DNA of 38,261 bases from Waddliaceae bacterium. GTDB taxonomy: Bacteria > Chlamydiota > Chlamydiia > Chlamydiales > SLFE01. Shown one piece after another: positions 9,318 to 16,994 of this stretch. The notes beneath the pieces were generated by a model. It saw only the letters and a program-made list of their open reading frames with translations, was not told the origin of the DNA and did not search any database. Position 1 is the first letter of the stretch. Each line of letters starts with the position of its first letter. The stretch lies in contig CAWAPJ010000036.1 in NCBI GenBank assembly GCA_963783885.1, positions 1-38,261 on the forward strand. Direction: 5' to 3'. Both the position numbers and the translations under genes were made by a program.

Positions 9318-10183
9318 GCTCTACCTCTTGCTAAATCTCTTAAAAGGGCGATCTCTTTTGTCCAAAGCGGGGGGCCTCCCGGTGTTTCCAGATACTTCGG
9401 AAGGTGCCGCGTCAGAGGATGATTCATCAAAACCCGGAAACACTCAAGTCCAATTTCACCCTCACCCAAAGGCTTATGCCTGTCGACCCGGCTGCCCAAT
9501 CCTTTCATCGAGTCATTTAAATGAAACGCTTTAAGAAAATCCAAACCCACCTGCCGATCAAATTCTTTCAGAGTGTTATCCCAATCTTCTTTTGTCCGGA
9601 TGTCATAGCCGGCGGCAAATGAATGGCAGGTATCGATGCAAACGCCGATTGGAAGGCGGTCCTTAACCTTGCCCACAATGTAGCCCAATTCCTCAAAGCG
9701 GTACCCGACAGTCGACCCCTGTCCGGCCGTCGATTCCAAAATCAGCTCTGTCGGCCCGCCCGAAACAAGTTCTTCCACCTCCAAAAGACTTTCGACAATG
9801 CGGTCCAGACACTCGGTCCTGTCCTCTTTAAGGGCGGCTCCGGGATGAAAGTTGAGATAGGAAATGCCCAGAAGTAGGCATCTCTCGATCTCCTCCCGAA
9901 AAGCGCCCCTGCTCTTTTCCAAAACTTCGGGATTCGGGGCGCCTAAATTGATCAGGTAGCTGTCGTGGCACATGATCTTCTGCAGACCGGTTTCCTCGAG
10001 CGTCTTTTCCCAAAGATCCAGCTCCTTTTGGGTGAATTTCCTCCCCTTCCACTGCTTTTGATTGCTGGTGAAAAGCTGGACGGTCGCCGCACCGATCTTT
10101 TGCCCTTCCAGAAGGGCGTTGTGGACCCCTCCTGCGGCAGAGGTATGAGCCCCTATCAACAATGGATTCTCTTCGATTGACAT
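9293..10183 (-). CDS. nfo: Endonuclease IV
   Basis: [46 protein letters not shown]...DRH, ETP. Confidence 0.96.
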   Translation of the reverse strand: MSIEENPLLIGAHTSAAGGVHNALLEGQKIGAATVQLFTSNQKQWKGRKFTQKELDLWEKTLEETGLQKIMCHDSYLINLGAPNPEVLEKSRGAFREEIERCLLLGISYLNFHPGAALKEDRTECLDRIVESLLEVEELVSGGPTELILESTAGQGSTVGYRFEELGYIVGKVKDRLPIGVCIDTCHSFAAGYDIRTKEDWDNTLKEFDRQVGLDFLKAFHLNDSMKGLGSRVDRHKPLGEGEIGLECFRVLMNHPLTRHLPKYLETPGGPPLWTKEIALLRDLARGRACEAELKS

Positions 10184-10209
10184 CAGGAAAAATGATAATT
10201 CAAGAGGGA

Positions 10210-11052
10210 TTACTCTTCAAGCCATTCGTTTGCCCGAGCCACCAGCTCCTCTGAAAGCTGGAGCCGCCTGCAGATCTCTATAAATTTTTTTGCGCCGCTT
10301 TGTCCAAGCCCTGTAAAATCCGGCTCGACTCCATTTTCAATAAAGTTGTAAATCACTTTAAAAGCTCTGGAATGGCAATCTTGCAAGTGAAAGTCACGCG
10401 TTTCGCCCGTTTGGCCACGAAAATATCCGCTCTGATGTTCAAGAAGCAAATCATGAAACGTATAGATGGCGCTGCCGACACGCACCCGAACATCCCGTTC
10501 ATGCCGGCAAAAAACTTTTCGGCTCGCATTGGCAATGACTCTGAGCCACCTCAGCGAATACTCATTCACCTTAGCCAATTCCTCAATTTCTCTATAAGCA
10601 ACTTGCAGGTAATTCGCAAGTATCGTGGTTTTGTGTTCCTTCTCACACCCGTAGACAAAAAGAATCGCCATCTCTATGGGATCCTCAATTTCATCTTGAT
10701 TGGTGATTAAATAGCCAAAGCGACTCTCCAAAGCCTTCCGGTTTTTTTGAACAAGAACTCCAATATCCTGCTCAAGGGCTAAGTACCTTTGCCAAACGAC
10801 ATGTTGCGGAAAAAGGGAATCAACGTGAAGCCAATTAAATAATTTTACGAGGGCGACACATCCGTGAGTGTTCTTGCGGCAGATTCTTCTGGCCTCGAGT
10901 TTAGCAATGCTTAATTCGCGCAGATTGACATTGCAAATTCGCATAGAAATATCTTGAATCCGATCGGGATCCCAGGAGGAGGACTCCCCCTCAATCCTTT
11001 TCAGACTCTGCACATCCCTTTTGTACGGAGAATTTACATGATCCAAAATCAT
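10210..11052 (-). CDS. Protein with C-terminal BTB/POZ domain (effector-like)
   Basis: DVRVRVGSAIYTFHDLLLEHQSGYFR...LQDCHSRAFKVIYNFI matches BTB; start placed at ATG 11052 to avoid overlapping murJ. Confidence 0.75.
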   Translation of the reverse strand: MILDHVNSPYKRDVQSLKRIEGESSSWDPDRIQDISMRICNVNLRELSIAKLEARRICRKNTHGCVALVKLFNWLHVDSLFPQHVVWQRYLALEQDIGVLVQKNRKALESRFGYLITNQDEIEDPIEMAILFVYGCEKEHKTTILANYLQVAYREIEELAKVNEYSLRWLRVIANASRKVFCRHERDVRVRVGSAIYTFHDLLLEHQSGYFRGQTGETRDFHLQDCHSRAFKVIYNFIENGVEPDFTGLGQSGAKKFIEICRRLQLSEELVARANEWLEE

Positions 11053-11075
11053 AAAATCGGCTACCCTGCATCCAA

Positions 11076-12374
11076 ATGCCCGACAATAACCAATCAATAA
11101 TGCGATCCGCAAGCAAATTTTTCAGCGGCACCCTGCTCAGCCGGGCAACCGGACTTTTACGCGATGCCGCCATGGCAGCGGTTTTTGGAGCCAGCCCCGA
11201 GGTAGCCGCTTTCCTTCTCGCCTTCCGCCTCTCCCATCTGGCGAGACGAATTTTCGGAGAGGGGGCGCTGCAAACAGCGTTTATCCCCCAATTTGAAGAA
11301 ATCAGGCACAAAGATCCGGAAAAAGGGAAGGAATTCTTCTGCAGCCTTGCCTCTAGCATCGCCTGCCTGCTCGTAATCTTAATTCTGGCGGCGATGGGCG
11401 CTCTGGGACTGACCCTCTCCTTATTGGATTTAAGCGAGGGAAACAGGCAGGTCGTCCAACTGACGCTGATCATGATGCCAAGCCTTTTATTTATCTGCCT
11501 CTACGGACTCAACCTCTCGTTTCTGCAATGCGAAAAGCATTACTTTGTTTCAAGCGCCGCCCCTGTCTTCTTCAATCTTGTCTGGATAGCTACTGCGGCA
11601 ACCACCCGAAATGTCACAGCTATGGCCGTCATGATCAACGCCGCCTGCCTGGCCCAATGGGCCGCAACCCTGCCCCAAACGATCAGGGCCTTGCAAAAAT
11701 TCAGCTTTCGACTCAATCCAAAAAGCATAGCCGCGTTCTACGCCCCTTTTTCCCTTTCGCTGATCGGCGTCATCGCCACGCAGATCAACAGCGCGATCGA
11801 CCCGCTCTTTGCCCGCTTTGCCGACCCCGAGGGGCCCGCTCTTCTCTGGTATGCAATCCGTCTCCAGCAGCTCCCTCTCGCCCTTATCGGCATCGCCCTT
11901 TCAAGCGCGGCTCTTCCCCCGCTATCCCGAGCGCTGGAGCAGGGCAATGACACAACTTACCGCCGCCTTCTTTTCGGTACGATGAAAAAAAATGTCCTTC
12001 TGATGATCCCCATTACTTTGGCGCTCTTCTTTTTTGGAAGGGAGATTATCGAACTTGTCTTTGGACACGGGGATTTCGGGCCCGCCGACGCAGCGAAAAC
12101 GACCCTCTGCCTTTGGGGCTATGCGCTGGGGCTTCTCCCCTCGGCGCTTATCCTGATCGCCGCCCCGGCCTTTTATGCTCAAAAAAACTACCGAATCCCG
12201 ATGCAAGGTTCTGTCCTCTCCATGCTGAGCAATCTCATTTTCAATTCAATTTTCATCTTATTTTTAGGATGGGGACCCGCCAGCGTGGCTCTCTCGACAA
12301 GCCTAAGCGCCTTCCTGAACCTGTTCTATTTGATGTATTTCCTTAAGCGATCTCCAATCTTTGCCAAAACTTAG
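11076..12374 (+). CDS. murJ: Lipid II flippase MurJ (MviN)
   Basis: SRATGLLRD, AFRLSHLARRIFGEGA...AFIP, YAIRLQQLPLALIG; multiple TM segments; lies between nfo and rpsD. Confidence 0.93.
   Translation: MPDNNQSIMRSASKFFSGTLLSRATGLLRDAAMAAVFGASPEVAAFLLAFRLSHLARRIFGEGALQTAFIPQFEEIRHKDPEKGKEFFCSLASSIACLLVILILAAMGALGLTLSLLDLSEGNRQVVQLTLIMMPSLLFICLYGLNLSFLQCEKHYFVSSAAPVFFNLVWIATAATTRNVTAMAVMINAACLAQWAATLPQTIRALQKFSFRLNPKSIAAFYAPFSLSLIGVIATQINSAIDPLFARFADPEGPALLWYAIRLQQLPLALIGIALSSAALPPLSRALEQGNDTTYRRLLFGTMKKNVLLMIPITLALFFFGREIIELVFGHGDFGPADAAKTTLCLWGYALGLLPSALILIAAPAFYAQKNYRIPMQGSVLSMLSNLIFNSIFILFLGWGPASVALSTSLSAFLNLFYLMYFLKRSPIFAKT
12354..12374 (+). repeat. att-like direct repeat copy 1 (21 bp, contains the murJ stop)
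   Basis: CCAATCTTTGCCAAAACTTAG; identical copies at 14851 and 15708. Confidence 0.9.
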
Positions 12375-12413
12375 GCGATATTGAAAAAGACGTCGTTTTG
12401 TCAGCCCAAAAGA

Positions 12414-14261
12414 TCAATCGAGAATTGATGTAGCTCCATAGAGATTCCAATGCAGGCGGTTCAACAGATCCTGCTTATTTTGATCTGATAAATCATATTG
12501 CATCCCATTTTCGCATCTGTCTATCCAATCTAAAACCTCATTTAAAGTATAATCCGAACATTTTTTATAATGCTGCCAGGCATACTGTCCCATCCTAAAA
12601 CCAACGACCCTTTCAGATTTTTCTGAATTTTTTGCCTCTTCTCTTTGGGAGGTGGTCAGCAATTCCAAAAATTCAAGCTCAGGAAATCCCTCGTTCGAAG
12701 AAGTCTCCTCGAAATCAATCAACTCTACATTAGCCTTCAGGTAAATTCCCTTTTCTAAGGTTGTATATATCCCATAGGCCAGTGAAGGGTGAATGAAGAT
12801 CTCACGAACTTCTCCTTTTTTCATTCCCTTGATTCCATATGAAAGCCCTGGTATGGTTTCGATCAAATTCAGAAATGCGGGATTTCCTCCCACTCTGGTA
12901 TCGGCCAATGCCTCTCCTTTAGGTGTATTAATCGTATAGTGAAGTTTGACTTTTGTTTGATGATTTAACATCGATCCGGAACCTTGACGTAATGTTTTGC
13001 AGTAAAGTTTTTCAGGGTAAAGGCAGCAGAAAGAGAAATCATGGCTGAGATGATCGAAAAAACATTCTGTTTCTTGAAGACGATTGAGAATTTTCGAGAA
13101 GGCCCACACCATTTCATGATGAACAATGTCCCTAATACTGCAATGAAAGGAAAGATTTGAATCCTCATCTTTCATGCCTTCAATGAAAGACTGGCGATAG
13201 TTTTTTGTCTCTTTTTTTAAATCTTTCCAAATGCTTGCTGCAACCAAAAGAGGAAGTTTAGATCGTTCCGAAGGGGTAAAAGATAATGTCCTGGGGGCAT
13301 GAGCAATATTTGGCAGTTTAATGGATTCTTGAGGATAAATTTTATCAAACACATCATTTAGAAAAGTTTTGGAGGACAACATTTTTTTGACAATGCGGTC
13401 CTGTGTTTCTTCAAGTGTCGCAATAAAATGATCGGTAGCATCATCTTCTTTTAGTCTTCCAAAGACGAATGGAGGAAAAGACCTATCGAGTTTTTCTGAA
13501 CATCGAATGAGTTGGCTTCTCAGGTCTGCTGCTTCTTCATCAAGAGACCGGTATCCAAAGCTGGGTGTTATGTCTATGATTTCTTTCGTTGAACTTTCAG
13601 TAAGCAAAAGCTGATTCTTAATATAAGGATTTATATGGCTGCCTTTGCCTTGAACCACTCGGCTTTTGAGGGGAACTTGTTCTCGAGATAAGATAGAATC
13701 AGCGATGATTTCTGATCGGCTATGATAGAGAGCATTTTGCGTACCAAACCCGAGAAGAATTCCAATCAAAACCTTGTCATATTTGAGTGTTTTAGAAAAG
13801 TCTCCTTTTGGCTGCACCAAAGCATTGCATAACGACTGGGGTGTCACTTTCGGACCTAAAACATACTGAAATAAAGGAAGATTTTCCTGAATCGTTTTTA
13901 ATAGGAGAGGTTTGTTGATAAAAAGGATATCGATCCAATTGCTGGATTTGGATTCTGATTCACAACAATGAAGAATAATATCTCCTTCAGATGCTAGCTT
14001 AAGGCGGTTTAAGAGTCGGGCTCCTTCCCGCAAGAAAACAGAGCATTGATGGTTGAAACATTCTGCATGGAAACCATCGACGAAGTGATACCCCTGATGG
14101 CACACGGGTTTTTCTCCATACAAAACATAGCCCGCTTCTGATTTTTCTATTGATGTTCGGAAAAAACCGTCCAGAATCAGATATTCTTCAACAGACAGTT
14201 CAATACTCGAACATTTTGAAGAAAGTATTATAAAATATGTGAAAATAAACAGTTTATTCAT
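12414..14261 (-). CDS. Secreted protein with an uncharacterised N-terminal region and an FKBP-type peptidyl-prolyl isomerase domain
   Basis: Signal-like N-terminus; YCKTLRQGSG...VKLHYTI...LNLIETIPGLSYGIKGMKKGEVREIFIHPSLAYG...ANVELI is an FKBP_C signature. Confidence 0.85.
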   Translation of the reverse strand: MNKLFIFTYFIILSSKCSSIELSVEEYLILDGFFRTSIEKSEAGYVLYGEKPVCHQGYHFVDGFHAECFNHQCSVFLREGARLLNRLKLASEGDIILHCCESESKSSNWIDILFINKPLLLKTIQENLPLFQYVLGPKVTPQSLCNALVQPKGDFSKTLKYDKVLIGILLGFGTQNALYHSRSEIIADSILSREQVPLKSRVVQGKGSHINPYIKNQLLLTESSTKEIIDITPSFGYRSLDEEAADLRSQLIRCSEKLDRSFPPFVFGRLKEDDATDHFIATLEETQDRIVKKMLSSKTFLNDVFDKIYPQESIKLPNIAHAPRTLSFTPSERSKLPLLVAASIWKDLKKETKNYRQSFIEGMKDEDSNLSFHCSIRDIVHHEMVWAFSKILNRLQETECFFDHLSHDFSFCCLYPEKLYCKTLRQGSGSMLNHQTKVKLHYTINTPKGEALADTRVGGNPAFLNLIETIPGLSYGIKGMKKGEVREIFIHPSLAYGIYTTLEKGIYLKANVELIDFEETSSNEGFPELEFLELLTTSQREEAKNSEKSERVVGFRMGQYAWQHYKKCSDYTLNEVLDWIDRCENGMQYDLSDQNKQDLLNRLHWNLYGATSILD

Positions 14262-14280
14262 AAATAATTATAGTTGAAAA

Positions 14281-14658
14281 CTACTCCTTTATCGAAGACT
14301 TGTTGAAGGGCTCTTCAGAGCATCGGCAGCGATAAATGCAAGAATAGTTACCACAGCCATTACAAACATAATGCATGATGCGATGCCCATTAGGACAGGC
14401 ATCTTGAGCCGAGTGGCCTAAAAATTCATCTTTTATATAAAGACCTATATTATCGGAAAACAATACCGATATTGGGATAATCTCTTCACCTTGAATCAAA
14501 TAAAGACTATTATCTACTATTAATAAATCATTGGAAGAAATATATATTCTTTCCTCAAATTCGTGTTTTGAAGGGTTAGGAGAATCGATTGCTCCTTCAA
14601 CAAGGCTTGTAAAAATTACCAATAAAACAAAAAGAAAATAACGAATAGAAATTTGCAT
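14281..14658 (-). CDS. Small secreted protein with a C-terminal six-cysteine module
   Basis: Signal peptide ending VEG-A; CPNGHRIMHYVCNGCGNYSCIYRCRC; AAGGAG RBS. Confidence 0.85.
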   Translation of the reverse strand: MQISIRYFLFVLLVIFTSLVEGAIDSPNPSKHEFEERIYISSNDLLIVDNSLYLIQGEEIIPISVLFSDNIGLYIKDEFLGHSAQDACPNGHRIMHYVCNGCGNYSCIYRCRCSEEPFNKSSIKE

Positions 14659-14740
14659 GCTTTTCTCCTTTCGAATTGCATTAAAGCTTGAAATGATTTC
14701 ACAATGTGCAAAAAAAAATCAATACTTTTATCGAAAAGGC

Positions 14741-14773
14741 CCTATCAATTTAACCTATCAGATTGACCTATCA
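14741..14773 (+). repeat. Three CCTATCA direct repeats at a 13-bp period
   Basis: Copies start at 14741, 14754 and 14767. Confidence 0.75.
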
Positions 14774-14850
14774 TACTGATAACCCACTTTATACGCCGGG
14801 TTTAGGTGTTTGTAGTCTGTTTTACTTAATTAAAACCTGAATTCAAGACG

Positions 14851-14879
14851 CCAATCTTTGCCAAAACTTAGCTATTGCA
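14851..14879 (+). repeat. att-like direct repeat copy 2 (29 bp shared with copy 3)
   Basis: CCAATCTTTGCCAAAACTTAGCTATTGCA, identical to 15708-15736. Confidence 0.9.
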
Positions 14880-14927
14880 TCTGTATGATATCTGTGATAT
14901 GTTTCCATTTTCAATGGAAACATCATA

Positions 14928-15728
14928 AATCTTGTCTGGATAGCTACTGCGGCAACCACCCGAAATGTCACAGCTATGGCCGTCATGATCAACGCCGCCT
15001 GCCTGGCCCAATGGGCCGCAACCCTACCCCAAACGATCAGGGCCTTGCAAAAATTCAGCTTTCGACTCAATCCAAAAAGCATAGCCGCGTTCTACGCCCC
15101 TTTTTCCCTTTCGCTGATCGGCGTCATCGCCACGCAGATCAACAGCGCGATCGACCCGCTCTTTGCCCGCTTTGCCGACCCCGAGGGGCCCGCTCTTCTC
15201 TGGTATGCAATCCGTCTCCAGCAGCTCCCTCTCGCCCTTATCGGCATCGCCCTTTCAAGCGCGGCTCTTCCCCCGCTATCCCGAGCGCTGGAGCAGGGCA
15301 ATGACACAACTTACCGCCGCCTTCTTTTCGGTACGATGAAAAAAAATGTCCTTCTGATGATCCCCATTACTTTGGCGCTCTTCTTTTTTGGAAGGGAGAT
15401 TATCGAACTTGTCTTTGGACACGGGGATTTCGGGCCCGCCGACGCAGCGAAAACGACCCTCTGCCTTTGGGGCTATGCGCTGGGGCTTCTCCCCTCGGCG
15501 CTTATCCTGATCGCCGCCCCGGCCTTTTATGCTCAAAAAAACTACCGAATCCCGATACAAGGTTCTGTCCTCTCCATGCTGAGCAATCTCATTTTCAATT
15601 CAATTTTCATCTTATTTTTAGGATGGGGACCCGCCAGCGTGGCTCTCTCGACAAGCCTAAGCGCCTTCCTGAACCTGTTCTATTTGATGTATTTCCTTAA
15701 GCGATCTCCAATCTTTGCCAAAACTTAG
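14928..15728 (+). pseudogene. murJ: Duplicated 3' 801 bp of murJ (5'-truncated copy)
   Basis: Matches 11574-12374 at a constant offset of 3354; differences seen at 15026 (synonymous G>A) and 15557 (G>A, M>I). Confidence 0.93.
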
Positions 15729-15736
15729 CTATTGCA
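15708..15736 (+). repeat. att-like direct repeat copy 3
   Basis: Same 29-mer as 14851-14879. Confidence 0.9.
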
Positions 15737-15767
15737 CATGTTTGTTTTTCCTATTCAGATAACGACC

Positions 15768-15821
15768 ATTATGACACCAATTCCGTTTTAGACTTGACTA
15801 TTCCGGAATTTGTGTCATAAT
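15768..15821 (+). promoter_or_regulatory. Inverted repeat (17/18) overlapping a putative sigma66 promoter of the ATPase gene
   Basis: ATTATGACACCAATTCCG / CGGAATTTGTGTCATAAT; TTGACT(15794)-N16-CATAAT(15816); ATG 7 nt after the -10 box. Confidence 0.55.
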
Positions 15822-15828
15822 AGACATT

Positions 15829-16968
15829 ATGAAAAGGAGTCTACAAAAATACATTCTTGAGGACCTGCCAAAAAAAATAGTCCTGATTAGTGGACCTAGA
15901 CAAACGGGAAAAACCACTGTTTCAAAGCAACTTTATGACGATTTTGACTACTTTAATTATGACTCAAGCGAGGATCGGTTAGCAATCCAACAAAAAAATT
16001 GGGATCGATCGAAGGAGCTTGTTATCTTCGACGAACTTCACAAGATGAAACAGTGGAAACGATGGTTGAAAGGAATATTTGATACAGAGGGCATCCCTCC
16101 TCAAATTTTAGTAACTGGAAGCGCCAAAATGGACATTCACAAAAGGGTTGGCGATTCGCTTGCAGGACGATACTTTCAATACCGCCTCCATCCCTTAGAT
16201 TTAAAAGAAGTACACCAATTTTTGGACCTAAGTATAGAAGATGGATTCGAAACTCTGTGGCATTGTAGTGGATTTCCGGAACCATTCTTAGAGGGGAGTC
16301 AAACCTTTTATAAACGCTGGCGTCAGAGTCATATTGACATTATTTTACGACAGGATTTAATCGACCTATCATCTGTTCGTGATATTGAGTCAGTACAAAC
16401 TCTTGTGCTACTCTTAAGCCAACGGGCTGGATCAACTGTTTCATATGCTAATCTTGGTCGAGACCTCGACCGTGACCCCAATACCATCAAACGATGGCTA
16501 CAGCTTCTCGAAAATCTCTACATCATTCACCGCGTCACCCCATATAGTCGCAATATTGCACGTTCATTGAAAAAAGAACCCAAATTCTATTTCTATGACC
16601 ACGCCTTGGTAGCTGATGAGGGTGCTCGTCTGGAAAATATTGTTGCAAATGCATTGAAAAAGGAATTGCATTTTCTCGAAGACACTCAAGGTATTAAAGG
16701 AGCTCTTCACTACCTTAGAACTAAAGACGGTCAGGAACTCGATTTCCTTGTTAGTCTCGATGGCAAACCCACGCATCTTATTGAAGTAAAGATGAGTAAT
16801 GGGAAACCCGCCCGAGGATTTCAGCATTTTGGTAAATTGTTTTCAGATGCGCAGCACCTCCAGGTAGTAAGGAACCTTTTGCGCAACATGTCTTTACCCA
16901 GCGGACTCTTTATTAAACAAGTAATTCCCTGGCTAGCTGAACTTTCGTTTTCAAATCTTAGACCCTGA
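15829..16968 (+). CDS. AAA+ ATPase with DUF4143 C-terminal domain (COG1373 type)
   Basis: Walker A GPRQTGKT, Walker B IFDE, VTGSA, SLAGR, GFPE, KFYFYD, ELDF...IEVK. Confidence 0.9.
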   Translation: MKRSLQKYILEDLPKKIVLISGPRQTGKTTVSKQLYDDFDYFNYDSSEDRLAIQQKNWDRSKELVIFDELHKMKQWKRWLKGIFDTEGIPPQILVTGSAKMDIHKRVGDSLAGRYFQYRLHPLDLKEVHQFLDLSIEDGFETLWHCSGFPEPFLEGSQTFYKRWRQSHIDIILRQDLIDLSSVRDIESVQTLVLLLSQRAGSTVSYANLGRDLDRDPNTIKRWLQLLENLYIIHRVTPYSRNIARSLKKEPKFYFYDHALVADEGARLENIVANALKKELHFLEDTQGIKGALHYLRTKDGQELDFLVSLDGKPTHLIEVKMSNGKPARGFQHFGKLFSDAQHLQVVRNLLRNMSLPSGLFIKQVIPWLAELSFSNLRP

Positions 16969-16974
16969 TTGCTA
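16961..16974 (+). repeat. Solo terminal-repeat fragment of the 18518-18678 element
   Basis: GACCCTGATTGCTA, identical to 18518-18531; supplies the ATPase TGA stop. Confidence 0.7.
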
Positions 16975-16994
16975 AGTTAGATGCGGCTTGAGCC

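Larger units (their letters stand above)
12375..14850. mobile_element. Integrated two-gene cassette flanked by 21-bp direct repeats, with no integrase
   Basis: Bracketed by identical 21-mers; visibly more AT-rich than murJ. Confidence 0.65.

Noticed and set aside
14843..15304. ORFs 14843-15082 and 14858-15304 spanning the duplication junction
   Set aside because: Off-frame or antisense readings of murJ sequence that also appear at the first copy
12354..15736. Repeats as a CRISPR array, integron attC sites or dif sites
   Set aside because: Spacing is kilobase-scale and irregular; no cas or intI genes; the 21-mer is not palindromic and does not resemble XerC/D boxes
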